This document shows, one piece after another, positions 12,501 through 25,849 of a stretch of 64,000 nucleotides of DNA (the stretch's first letter is position 1; the number at the start of each line of letters is the position of its first letter). The notes beneath the pieces were generated by a model. That model was given only the letters and a program-made list of their open reading frames with translations, did no database searches and had not been told where the DNA came from. The translations under genes and the position numbers were made by a program. Source of the DNA: Chiloscyllium plagiosum (Eukaryota). The stretch covers positions 42,431,820-42,495,819 of the forward strand of contig NC_057719.1 in the NCBI RefSeq assembly GCF_004010195.1. The letters run 5' to 3'.

Positions 12501-13489
12501 ATACTGACTTGCAGTGCATTTTATTACAAGTTCCACAGCTGTCACTTCAAATCCCCACACAGAGTTCCTGATCCATTTCATACTAACAACCCTTTACTGG
12601 CAGGAACAGCCATCAAGTTGTGTTGCAGTGGTCCAATGTACAAAAGTATTAGTCAGAGTTAATTCTGCCAACAGCATTGCTTTTCATTGCTCCACTGTAA
12701 AATGAAGGTAGGAGACAAATCTAACAGCATTATCAATGCTCCCTAGATTAAAGCACACAATCCCAAAAACGCTGAAGTAAGGCTTGGAAGAAAGATGTTA
12801 AAATTAGATTCTATGATGATAGTAATCTGTAGAAACTGCCTAAATACAGCAATGGATCTCAAATTCTCATGTTAAAAATAAACAACAGCTTTGTTTTCAA
12901 TTCCTTTCAATTGGCTCCAGAGAGAAAGTCCACTAGTACACCTGAGTCTTTCTAGCTGCAGGGAGTTAACAGACACATGCAATAAAACTAGCACTTAGTT
13001 TCAGAAGCGTACTTTGGTCAAGTTCAAATTGAACTTGATGTTTCAATTCCTTTATTATTTGTGCCTCCTTAAAACAACAGAGCACAGCAAGTTTATTCTG
13101 ATGTAAGGTCACAGATCTGAAATGTTAAGTCTGTCTCAGACAGCATCTGTGGTGGAGAAACAACTGAGTATTTCCAGCATCATTCGCTTTTATTTCTGAC
13201 TTCCAGCATCAGCAGTATTTTGCTTTTGTACGCCAAGTCGCCATTGTTGCTTCTCCATTGACAAACTTAACTTATTTATAACAATCAGTCTACAACATTG
13301 TCAGGATTAATTCAGGAAATATTCAGGCTTTAGCTCTTTACCTGGAGACCTCTTGATTTCAGCTGTGCTGTCAGTAAGGAAACCTCCCAGCCACATTCAG
13401 AGATTACATATAGTGAAAGTGCAAGAGCTCAGCCGGCTGTTCTCGCACACCAACAGCCAGAGTCCTTTCATCCTTCAGGGAATCAGTGT

Positions 13490-14780
13490 GTGGTTGGCAA
13501 GGCCAACGTTTGTTTCTCACCTCTAATTTATTGCCCTTCAGAAGGTGATGGTCAGCTGCTTTCATGAACCAGTGATGTCTGTCTAGTGTGGGTATACCTA
13601 CAATGTTGTTAGGAAGGGAGTTTATAGCCAAAGGATAGCAAAGGAATATAATATTGTTCGAAACCAGAATGATTGGAAGAAAATTTGCTGGCATGGGTGT
13701 TCACATGTATCTACGATCCTTGTGATTAGATTAGATTAGATTCCCGACAGTATGGAAATAGGCCCTTCGGCCCAACAAGTCCACACTGACACTCCGAAAA
13801 GTAACCCCCCTAGACCATTTCCCTATCCTATATTCACCCATGACTAATGCACCTAAGACTATGGGCAATTTAGCAAGGCCAATTCATCTGACCTGCACAT
13901 CTTTGAATTGTGGGAGGAAACCAGAGCACCCAGAGGAAACCCACGCAGACACGGGGAGAATGTGCAAACTCCACACAGACAGTCACCCAAGGCTGGAATC
14001 GAACCTGGGTCCCTGGCACTGTGAGGCAGCTGTGCTAATCAATGAGCCACTGTGCCACCCCATGGAAGTCACATATTTGGAAAGTGCTGTTAAAGTTGTC
14101 TTGGTAAAATACTGCCACGATGTGTCGATAGCGGAGGAAGTGGATACTTGTGGTGGTGAATGGAATGCCAAATAAGCAGGCTCATTGGAATGGTATTGAG
14201 CCTGAGTGGAACCACACGCATCCAGGTAAGTGGAGAGTATCCCATCACACTCCTGACTTTGTATCTTGCAGATAAGAGACAGACTTTGGGAATCAGGAGG
14301 TGAATTAAATCCACAGAAGTTTCTTATAGCCTGTTCTTGTAACCACTATTATTATGGCTGTTCGGTTCTTTTTCTGGTCACCTGCAATTTTCGGAATGTT
14401 ATATTAGGGGATGCAAAGATGATAATGTCATTAGTTATTAAGGGCGATGGTTAGATTCTCTCTTGTTGGAGATGGTCAATGCTTGACAATTGTTACTTGC
14501 CACATCTCAGTCAAAATCTGAACGTTGTCCAAGCCTTGCTGTGCATGGACGTGGACTCCTTCAGTATCTGAGAGCTTACAAATGGCACAGAACATCAAGT
14601 AAATATAAATGAACATCCATTCTGACCTTATGATGGAAAGAAGGCCATTGGTAAAGCAGCTTAAGATAGCTGGGCCTAGGACACTATCCTGAGGAATTCC
14701 AACAACCATGTTCTTGGACCAAAGGGATTGGATACCAAGGATCACAACCAATTTCCTTTGGGTTGGATATGACTGCAACA
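13490..14780 (-). mobile_element. Second LINE family (CR1/L2 group), RT 3' part, with a nested HE1 SINE at ~13726-14061 (minus)
   Basis: GIPQDSVLGPAILSCF motif; 3' end GGCAATAAAT; related pieces at ~11596-11920 and ~35680-35950. Confidence 0.75.
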
Positions 14781-16609
14781 AGTCAAAAATTTTAAAAAGA
14801 AGGTCCAGGAGGAATTCAGCAGATCTGGCAAAATCTGTGAAGAGAGAAACAGAATGAATGTTCCAAGTCCAATAATGATTCTTCAGAATTCAAGTGGAAG
14901 GTTTTCCCTTATTGGAAGTGACTTGAGTTTGACTGGGGCTATTTGATGCCATGTTCAGTGAACTGCATCAGTGAACCTTATATGTCATGAGCAGTTGGTC
15001 CCATCTCACTGTTACATCATCCATTATTATTGCTCCCAACTTATGGAATGGACATTATTAAAAAAAATGTTCTCCCTCTTAACATTACTAATCTAATCTT
15101 AACATTTGAATGAGTTCTACTGCATAAGAAGTCCTAGTTGCTGTTTCTATTCAATTATCCAAGGCAGGTTCATTTAGATTTTTTTTAACCAGTTCCACTA
15201 ATCTAACATCTCATTCATTGCATCGAGAGCTCAAAGGCAGTAATTCACTCATCCCTCAGCCAGAAAATTATGCAAACCAAGAACACTTCAAAGAAATAAG
15301 AGTATAGTCACTCAAACGGTCACAACCAAACTTTGCCCTCTTGCTCTTCACTTTGTTATCTTCTGTATCTCAAAACATCCAGCAGAGCCACCAGCTTAGC
15401 TTTAGGTTGCAAGTCATTCCTTTCTCCATGTTAGTACTTTCTGAAGTCATCAATATTAAAACTCAAAACTCAGACAACTGTCCTCTTTGTTCCCGGCAAC
15501 AAAAAATATTCTATTAATAAATGAAAATACTATGCATGTTGGAAAGTTAAAATAGAAACAAAGTGCTGGAGAATTTCAGCAGATCTGGTGGCATGCGTGT
15601 GGAAAGAAATATTTGACATTTTGAGTTCAATATGATTTTTCTTCAGAACTGCTGTTATTTGACTGAGCAGGGCAATCAGTCCTAATTTGACACAGATGAA
15701 CCTAACTAGGATTGCTGGATAGTGCTCCCCAGTGGCTGTCTCCCTAATAAAAAGCAACTGAGACCAATTGCACCAGCCTTCCACCAGCTGATAAACCTGG
15801 ATCAAACCTAAGACCTGCTACAGGTCTATATATCCTGTTATTCAGTGCAGGGAAGCAACAGATTGGAATAATTGTTTTCAAGTGGAAGGAGCCTCTCAAA
15901 AGATTCCTGATTCATGGAGGTACCATCAATAAAAGTGACTTCAATTAATCACAGGCTGCTGTTAAGTAACTCAGCTGTAAAAATAAAAGGAACTCTGATG
16001 GCATCTGCAGAATGCCCAACCACATCCCCATTTGTGAATATTACGTTGAAACAATGAGAAAAACCAAAGTCTGTTAAAATGGGTAGCACTAGAATATCAC
16101 AAGTACAACGCATGACAGCTGTTTAACACAATTTACAAGAGGAACCAAGGCAGTGATAAACACTGAAGCCTTTGATAACCAGAAGCTCACATTTCCAAGA
16201 TACTCCCATTCCCAGAACCAAATTCCATCATGCAGCTAAAAACAACTATACAACAACTGTGTAAACAGAAGCAACTATTTTGCATTCCATTACCCATGTT
16301 AAAAGATGACATTAAAGCAAAAGAAGCATCCACTTTTTCAACAGAAGTGCATAATTTCAAGGTTAGCAAACAGAAAGTGTGAAGTTTTAAATTTGCACTT
16401 CAGTACAATCATCCAGACCTAACAAATTGCTCTTATTTAAAGTTTCTTAGTTTTCAATATCTCGAGGTCCTTCTTAATGGAATTCTTCTGCCCACCTTCA
16501 GCTTTTATTAATGACAGCATAATTTTCAATAGTACCACTGTTCAATGCAACATGGACTTAGAAAGGAGTTTGCAAGAGTACACTCTTGAATGTTTAGATT
16601 CATTGTTGA

Positions 16610-17940
16610 AACATAGGAACAAGGGGCAGCATCAAGCCATTCTGTATTCTCAAGCTTTCTATCCCAATCGTAATACTGTAGCTGATCTTATTTGTAACCT
16701 TAAACCCATACTCCTGCCTCTCCCTCATAATTTTCCACTCTCTTGCTTAACAAGAATATATCTATCTCTGCCTTGAAGATATCCAAGGGCTTGCTTTCAA
16801 CCATCTTTTCAGAAATAAATAAATGTGACTCCCTGATTTTTAAACAGTGACTCATGGTTCTACATTCTCTCATAAGAGGAAATATTCTCACCACACCTAC
16901 CCTGTTAAGACCCTTCATGATTTTACATATTTCACTTGTGGCATACTTACTTTTCTAAATTCCTCTGGATAGAAGCCTAGCCTGTCTAATCTTTCCTTAT
17001 AAAAACAGCCCAACCTTTCCAGTACAAGACAGGTAAGCCTTCTTTGAACTGCTTCCAATGCATTTATATCCTTGCTTAAATAAGGAGTCCAATACTGTGC
17101 ACAGTACTCCAGATGTGATCTCAATTGTGTTCCATACAAGTGAAGCATAAGCTCCTTACTTCTGTATTCAAATCTATCTGTGATAAATGACCACACCCTG
17201 TGAACTTTAATAATTACTTGCTGTGACTGCAAACTAACCTTTGCTAAATCATGCATAGGGCACCCAAATGCCTCTCCATTGCAGAGCTCTGCAATCTCTC
17301 ACCATTTAGATAATATGCTTCGTTTAAATTCTTCATATACTGGAAAATTTCACATTATATAGTGCCAGATTTTCGTCCACTGACTTAAACTATTTATATC
17401 TTTTTGTAGCCTCTTTATGTACACTTCACTACCTATCTTTGTCATCAGCTGCAGGAGCATGCTGTTCTAAGAAATAATCCTAAAAACATTCTATGAACTG
17501 TTCATCTAGAATACCTTTGTCAGTCAATATGTAGATTAAAATTTCCCATGACTATCACCGTACCTTTCTGATAAGCTCTCATTTCTTCCTTTATGCTTCA
17601 TCTTATCATGTGGTTACTGTTCAGGGCTGAAGCATCACTCCCATAAGTGACTTATTTTCTTTATCATTTTCTATCTCTACCCAAGCTGCTGCTACATCTT
17701 GATTTCCTGAAGTTGGATCGTTTCTCGCTATAGTGCTAATCCAGTATTAACTAACAGAACTACCTTTATACCTTTTCCAAACTTCATGCCTTCCTAAAAA
17801 TTCATGTCCCGGCAATGTCATCCTGCAGCCATTTCTATGTAATGATTGTTTGTATCTATTTATTTTTATTTGTGCTCTGGTCTCAGCTATTCTGATATAA
17901 ATCCTATATGCACTCAGATACAGGGCCCTTAGTTTTATCA
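16610..17940 (-). mobile_element. Degenerate CR1 LINE with internal deletion
   Basis: HLEYCAQYWTPYLSKDINALEAVQRR; N-terminal endonuclease remnant LRALYLSA near 17930. Confidence 0.8.
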
Positions 17941-19905
17941 TTTTATTCTCTTGGTAAATTCAAGGCGTTTTTTTCTCTTTGATTTGTAATTTCATGATTT
18001 ATTTAGAATTTCTCAAATTAATACATTTTCTTTTGGCCTTGATTCTACCCTTTACTTACTGCATGTTCACAAACTTTATCCTTTCCCTGTACTATTTATT
18101 CTTGACTTTATGCTGCTTCCTTAATTTTGCAGTTAGTAAGAACATTGGGGCCATCAGCCTTCATTGAGAGACCGTCCAATCAATGCAGATCCGAGTTTCC
18201 CCAGTAGTGATGTCAATGCCCCACAAACTGATTGATACATTAAGATTTCATAAATTCCTATTATCTATTCTCTGGTCAGAGTCCAAACATGGTTATGAAA
18301 AATAACTAAGCTGTGGTCTTTGAGTCACATTTATAATAATAATATTCAAAACTATAATATCAAGCCTTTCCAAGTGAAATGCCATTCAACTTGATGTTCA
18401 ATACTAGTGTCAATGTTTGACACTAACTTCTTAAACTTTCTTCTGGGAGGAATGTTGCAAAACACTTTTCCTTGATTGAAAATAAACTTTATCAATGACA
18501 CCCTACATTTATTGGTTAAACATTTTTCACTTAATCTGTAAGTGAGGTTTTCCAGCATTATGCACTTAAGTTTGAACTGCAGCTGAAAATGGTATCAATG
18601 AAGTTTATAACCTCACAACACGCCATATGGGTTTACGAAAATTGCCAGATCACATACAAATACACATACAACATGTTTAAAGCTCCTATGATTACTAAAA
18701 CATATTTAAGTAATTTTATTTTACAGAATATTTTGATGTTCTTCCAACAATCCTAATTTTTAAAAGCTACAACAAACCAGCCTTTTTTTTTTCAAAATGC
18801 ACCCAAGCACAGTTCTATAAAACCCTTCGAATTGATTTGTACAAACTATTACTGTGCAGCAGACTTCTCATCAGACCTGTTGTTTGAAACAACTGCTCCA
18901 AACAGTAGAATTTTCAAAACAAACACAGAAACAAATGACAGGAAAGTGATTCAAGTCAAGTAAAATTTTAAAAATTGCATTAAGTTTCCAAAGTTACTGA
19001 AGTGATACTTCAATGCTTGCTTGCATGCAAATAAGAGAAACAAATGTTTCACAGTGTGGTATTTGCAAAGGGAACCAAGTGTCCAGCAACAAAATCTCAT
19101 GGTTAAAAGATGAGGAAGTTTAAAAGATGAGGAAGTGTGTTAAAATTAACAATGTGCCATTCCAAAAACGGTTAATAGACAAATATTGCTATCAAAGTAA
19201 AGTCTGATATTTCTGCTTTGAGGGTTTACTAATTAAACTAGTTTAAATTCGAAAATTTTGAGCAAAGCAAAAATTTCTATCTTAACACCAGTTTCAAATG
19301 GTAAGTTTTGTGCTAACTGGAAGGATATACATTTACAGAAAATCTCTCAGCCAACAGACATCCCTAATACTTTATAGCCAATTAAGTGCTTTTGAAATTT
19401 AGTCACTGTAGGGAAATACTGCATTTAATTTAGCACAACCAGGTCTTACAAACTGCATCAAATACAATACCATCAAGTCCATTTTCTAAAATGCTGGTTA
19501 AGATATAAACATTAGCCAGTGAGAATATTCCACTGCTTTTCTTCAAATAATGTCCACCTAACAGAATGGCTAGAGCCTGATCTAGTTTATCATGAAGGAT
19601 AGCTCTTCTAACAGTGCCATATGGTAATGGAGAATGCTGCAATGAGTCTGAATAAAATTTGTTTCTATTAATTTCAAATCCATAACAAATGGATCAGCCA
19701 GCACTAAATAGTCACACTCACTCACTCAAACACGGAGAGGTTAATTTATTGGAATACTACTAGACTAACTTAAGGTTAGCTGTTGAGAGTCAGCAGTAAA
19801 GTACTTACATTGAACATCAGGTTGAATGGCATTTCATTTGGAAATGTTTGATGTTAACAATAGAAAATAAATGTAGTAAGCATGGTTTGTTCTCTAGCCA
19901 TGTTA

Positions 19906-20097
<192 letters not shown>

Positions 20098-20374
20098 CTA
20101 AATAAAATTAAGCAACAGCAACTGAGCATAAAGTAACTAATTATTATTCAACTTAAACTGTTAAATTAATTTTCACTCTAAATGTGAATGCCCTGATATA
20201 TTCCTAAACCATTTAAAGATATGATTTTTTATTTGAGTGAATCAATATCCCTTTTGGGAAATCTTAATGGTAATTCCACAAAGAGAAATATGCATCACAT
20301 CAGTCAAGCACATTTTCTAACTGACAATTTATGAGAGTCAAAGAATGCAATGCACTACACTATGTCCTTCTTAC

Positions 20375-20500
20375 CTTAAGATCTCTATAGACTACATTTT
20401 TTTCAGAATGGAGATAATCTAAAGCAGAAACAATCTCTGCTCCATAGAAACGGGCACGGTCCTCAGAAAAAACACGTTCTCTTGATAGGTGAAAGAATAA
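20375..20500 (-). CDS. AKT1: AKT1-like coding exon 8 ([42 protein letters not shown])
   Basis: ttcag|TTATTC ... CTTAAG|gtaag; 126 bp; HSEKNVV is the AKT1-type segment (AKT2/AKT3 are one residue shorter here). Confidence 0.96.
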
Positions 20501-21730
20501 CTGAAATAAAAACATGTACTTTATAAATCCGATAGAGAATGTAGTGTCCTACGACCAGTGGGGGTATCTTCCGTCAGTAATATGTATCATTTGTTACATG
20601 ATAAATGTTAAATTTCTAATAAAAATATCTATAAAAAAAAACATGTACAAGGTGTTACAAATAAAAAATCTGACCACAGTCATTCATGTTTCAATTACAA
20701 GTGAATTATTATGTAAATTTGTCCAATAAGCAATCTGAGCCATACAGGGCAAGGGAGTTCAATGGGGTTCGATGCTGAATCATTTCTGCCAAGATAAAGG
20801 GACAGATATTACATCTGATTTCAGACCATTGGATGGAGGAGGAAGGGCAAAATATTATTTAGAACTTTAGTCACTACAAGTAGAAGCATTGCTAAATGAG
20901 AACTCTCATCAGCAATAGCGGTGATTTTCATCATAGAAAAGGTAAAATTGTACCGAGTATTATGACTCCATCTGATGGTAGTACTACAAGTCAGATCCCA
21001 GAGTTAAACCTGGCTTAATAGAATATAAATTTTAGTTTTACAATTTGGTTGCCATGGTGGTCAGTCACTAAATGTATTCACACAAGACTATCAAAATACT
21101 TAGATCAAAAGTACAAAAGTTTATGATACAGAAGGGGAAAAAATTAAGTCATATATAGAAAATTTGAAACGATAAAAAAAATCAAGAAAAAATTGTCCCT
21201 TTTTCATGCCAATGTGTCTTACAGAAACTCAGACACAGTAAAGAATCACTCCTTGGTTATCTTTTTAATTCTGGACAACCTTCGCATATCTTTCCAGCCC
21301 TGAGCCAATTGGAGACTGTAAAAACCTAAATGGCATTCCTGCTAATAGGAATCACTTCTCCTCATACTGAAGTCCAATTATGGCCATTGCCATCTGTTTT
21401 TCAGTAAGTCACAAAATTGAAATAAGATATTAATTTGCCCAATAGCTTACTAGGCATTTCACTGAAGTCCCGTACATTTTTAGAAATGATGAACTTAGTT
21501 CACTGTTAAAAATTGACTTCCTAACTTTTTTAAAAACAACAAACAAGTCACCTACACAGTACTGAAACAAAAACCCAATCATCTCTAGAATCCAAATTCC
21601 CAAATGTTGATACTATGTAATAAACCTTTATTCAATCAGGAATATCCTAAAAACAACAGATAAGGAAATTGAAATTGGAGAAAATCGGACATTTTGGGTG
21701 TCCTTTTCAATTAATAAATGTACTCCATAC

Positions 21731-21799
21731 CTCACCTCCGTTTGCATAATCCATAACAAAACACAAACGATCATTTGTCTGAAAAGAATACTTCAGTGC
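21731..21799 (-). CDS. AKT1: AKT1-like coding exon 7 ([23 protein letters not shown]; hinge)
   Basis: tttcaag|GCACTG ... GGTGAG|gtatgg; 69 bp. Confidence 0.95.
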
Positions 21800-22521
21800 C
21801 TTGAAAATAAAAATACCTTAAATCAGAAACATAATTTAATAGAATTAAATAACTTCTTTTATTTAATCATCATCAGCAATCCTTCTCTGCAATTAAATTT
21901 TAATTCTCATGAAAAGCCACTATCGAATTGAGCCCTTCATCAGTCAGGTATTACTCTGCGATCAGAAGAATATGCGTGACAAGCAATTTTTTTTGTGATT
22001 CTAGTTTTGCTAGAAACAAGGAACTGTCTCATCTCTGCCTTAAGTCTCATTTAAACTCATATGCAGCAAAAAATACTGAGACAAATCAAGATTTTTTTTT
22101 CTTTGATAATGTAATGGATTAAAATTCTATTTGTATATTGATCAGACAGGAAGGAACCTTTAACTTGTGCACTACACAACTTATAAAACACTACACACCT
22201 CAGGAATAAAATATTTGATTATACAAATATTACCTTTGCTAACTCTGTGTCATATACTAGATGTAACTTGTAAGCATTTAAATTATGTGTAATGTTTACA
22301 CGATCAATGATAATAAGGTGAATCGAATTTTGTTACTTGGTCTTTAATTTAATTGAATTAATTGGAAGAATTTATTTTTAAATGTATTCCATTTCATGAA
22401 TACAGCATAGTCCTAAGAGTGATGTATTTTGGCTTTAATAAAGTAATGCTGTGGGGGTAAAACTCAGTACACAAAATAATGTCCAATAATCAATTTAGTC
22501 ATTTCAATGATATTTAAATAC

Positions 22522-24143
22522 TCAACATCTGAGATCCATATTACAGAGGAGGAATTGCTGGATGTCTTGAAACACATAAAAGTGGTTAAATCCCCAGGAC
22601 CTGATCAGGTGTACCCTAGAACTCTGTGGGAAGCTAGGAAAGTGATTGCTGGGCCTCTTGCTGAGATATTTGCATCATCGATAGTCACAGGTGAGGTGCC
22701 GGAAAAATAGAGGTTGACTAATGTGGTGCTACTATTTTGAAGGGTGGTAGGGACAGGCCAGGAAACTATAGACCAGTGAGCTTGATGTCGATGATGGGCA
22801 AGTTGTCGGAGGGAATCCTGAGGGGCAGAATGTACATGTATTTGGAAATGCAAGGACTGATTAGAGATAGTCAACATGGCTTTGTGCATGGGAAATCCTA
22901 TCTCACAAAATTGATTTTTTTGAAGTAACAAAGAGGATTGATGAGGGCAGAATGGTAAATGTGATCTATATGGACTTCAGTAAGGCAGTCGACAAGGTTC
23001 CCCATGGGAGACCGGTTAGCAAGGTTAGATCTCATGGAATACGGGGAGAACTAGCCATTTGGATACAGAACTGGTTCTAAGGTAGAAGACAGAGGATAGT
23101 GGTGGAGGGTTGTTTTTCAGACTGGAGGCCTGTGACCAGTGGAGTGCCACAAGGGTCGGTGCTGGGTCCACTACCTTTCATCATTTATATAAGTGATTTG
23201 GATGTGTGCATAAGAGGTATAGTTAGTAAGTTTGCAGATGACACCAAAATTGGAGGTGTAGTGGACAGCGAAGAAGGTTACCTCAGATTACAACAGGATC
23301 TTGATCAGATGAGCCAATGGGCTGAGGAATGGCAGATGGAGTTTAATTCAGATAAATGTGAGGTGCTGCATTTTGGGAAAGCAAATCTTAGCAGGATTTA
23401 TACATTTAATGGTATGGTCCTAGGGAGTGTTGCTAAACAGGGACCTGAGAGTGCAATTTCATAGCTCCTTGAAAGTGGAGTCGCAGGTAGATAGGATAGT
23501 GAATAAGGCATTTGGTATGCTTTCCTTTATTGGTCAGAGTATTGAGTACAGGAGTCGGGAGGTCATGTTGCGGCTGTACAGGACATTGGTTAGGCCACTG
23601 TTGGAATATTGCGTGCAATTCTGGTCTCCCTCCTATCAGAAGGATGTTGTGAAACTTGAAAAGGTTCAGAAAAGATTTCTGAACCAGGATTGGAGGATTT
23701 GAGCTTTAAGGAGAGGCTGAACAGGCTGGGGCTGTTTTCCCTGGAGCGTCGGAGGCTTAGGAGTGACCTTATCAAGGTTTATAAAATTATGAGGGGCATG
23801 GACAGGATAAATAGACAAAGTCTTTTCCCTGGGGTGGGGGAGTCCAGAACTAGAGGGCATAGGTTTAGGGTGAGAGGGGAAAGGTATAAAAAAGACCTAA
23901 GGGACAACTTTTTCACACAGAGGATGGTGCATATGTGGAATGAGCTGCCAGAGGAAGTGGTGGAGGCTGGTACAATTACAACATTTAAAAAATCATTTGC
24001 ATGGGTATATGAATAGGAAGAGTTTGAAGGGATATGGGCTGGGTGCTGGCAGGTGGGACTAGATTGGGTTGGGATATCTGGTCGGCATGGACAGGTTGGA
24101 CCGAAGGGTCTGGTTCCATGCTGTATATATCTATGACTCTATG
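22522..24143 (+). mobile_element. CR1 LINE, 5'-truncated RT region with stops and frameshifts
   Basis: KSPGPD, GNYRPVSL, SGVPQGSVLGP, KFADDTK, LEYCVQFWSP; tail CTATGACTCTATG. Confidence 0.95.
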
Positions 24144-24630
24144 TGGTCACAATGAGCTCTTGTGGCCAGATCAAAGGGGTTCATTTCTATCTCCTCTTTC
24201 AGGTGAGGTAATAAGACCCTTGAAGTGTTCTACTTCCCATCCAGCTCATAGTTTAGGCCTTTTCTATCTGGTGGAATCAAATTTCTGAAACTCCAAACTT
24301 CTCCCAGAGTAATGTACAACTTGATTATACCGCAATGTAAAGAAAACTGCTTTCACTTTCACCAAATGTTCATGACTGAAAAGATCAAATTGAATTAAAA
24401 ATCATAAAGTGCATTTCAGAAAGCATAATAATTATGTTTTCAAAAACTCATTTGAATAGTTTGCTTTGACTGCTCTTAATATGAGAGAGCTGAAAGAGTG
24501 TGTTCAAATAAAAAAAAATTAAACTGTACAATTTGAAAAGTCAAATTGGATGTATTGTGTGCATGCATTTTGAGATATTGTAACAGAGTAGTTAACTAAC
24601 ATTTCCTGAAGTCGTTGAATAAGTACTTAC

Positions 24631-24696
24631 AGTTAAGAATGGATGCCTAGAATTTTGTAACACTCTGTTTTCTGTCACAGTATGCGCTACTTCATC
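24631..24696 (-). CDS. AKT1: AKT1-like coding exon 6 ([22 protein letters not shown]; alphaC helix)
   Basis: acag|GATGAA ... TTAACT|gtaagt; 66 bp. Confidence 0.95.
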
Positions 24697-24895
24697 CTGT
24701 ATAAAAGATAAAAGAGTTACAGATCAAGAAAAACCAAGGTAGCAATAATACAGCTGCATTTCAATTCAAATAACAGATGGTAAATAAATAGATATTTTTA
24801 GAAGATTTAAGAATTTTGTGAAAAATTGTCAATGAAACTTAATGAATTAAGCTATTCCCCAGCAGTGGTGGCAATGCATGTTTTTTAAGAGTTAC

Positions 24896-25027
24896 CTTTG
24901 CTACAATGACTTCTTTCTTAAGAATCTTCATGGCATAATATTTTCCAGAAGCTTTCTCTTTTACTAGAATTACCTTTCCAAATGTGCCTTTTCCAAGGAG
25001 TTTTAAGTATTCAAAATTATGCATAGT
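24896..25027 (-). CDS. AKT1: AKT1-like coding exon 5 ([45 protein letters not shown]-loop and catalytic Lys)
   Basis: tgcag|ACTATG ... GCAAAG|gtaac; 132 bp. Confidence 0.96.
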
Positions 25028-25681
25028 CTGCAACACAGCAAACAAAAACCAGCAAGTGTCCATCAGAAAACAAACATAGCCCCAATACATTCAAAATTTT
25101 ACAGACAGAATACAATTGCTACAGAAAGATTTATTTTACACAGTATTAATAACTACACAGAAGGCATTACTAGCCTACTTCTCCTCTCAATTTGTAGGTT
25201 TGTATGGGCATTTTAAAAGGCTATGCACCGGAATTTCCAAATCACATTGGACAGTCACTGTATTTAAATTTGTGCCTTGTAAAAAATATCCTGATGATCA
25301 ATGGATAATCTTACACTTACATTAAAATCCATCTGCTAGTCATTCCCATTCACCTAATCTATCAATATCCTGTTATAATTTTATACTGTAGTCAACAGAG
25401 TCTTCAATGCTGCCCAATTTTGTGTCATCGGCAAATTTGGATATTTGGCATTTGATGCCATTATCCAAGTCATAAACAGATATTGTGGATAATTGAGGCT
25501 CCAATACAGATCCCTATAGGGCATTAGTGACACTAGTCACTTGACAGCCACAAGAAGAGGGTGTTGGTTGATTGGTTGGGCCATTATTGGTGATCTGCTG
25601 CAACTCCATGCCACTGATGGCTCAGTCAATCAGCACCCTCTGCTCACACTGCACAAAATGCCAGCCCTTTGTTCAACTAGG

Positions 25682-25820
25682 AGAAAGTGGGATCTGCAGA
25701 TGCTGGAGAGCAGAGTCGAGAGTTTGTTGCTGGAAAAGCACAGCAGGTCAGGCAGCATCCAAGGAGCAGGAGAATCAATGTTTCGGGCCAGCGCCCTTCA
25801 TCAGGCTCTGATGAAGGCCC
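25682..25820 (-). mobile_element. Penelope-like terminal repeat fragment with a decayed hammerhead core
   Basis: Homologous to 32395-32520; minus strand CTGATGAAGGGC..GCCCGAAACATT; followed by a short inverted CTGATGAAGG. Confidence 0.7.
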
Positions 25821-25849
25821 TTTGTTAAAATCTGTTTCTTCCATTATAG

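Noticed and set aside
19103..19136. 17-bp perfect tandem duplication TTAAAAGATGAGGAAGT
   Set aside because: Ordinary slippage duplication; only two units with no spacers, so not CRISPR-like or evidently functional
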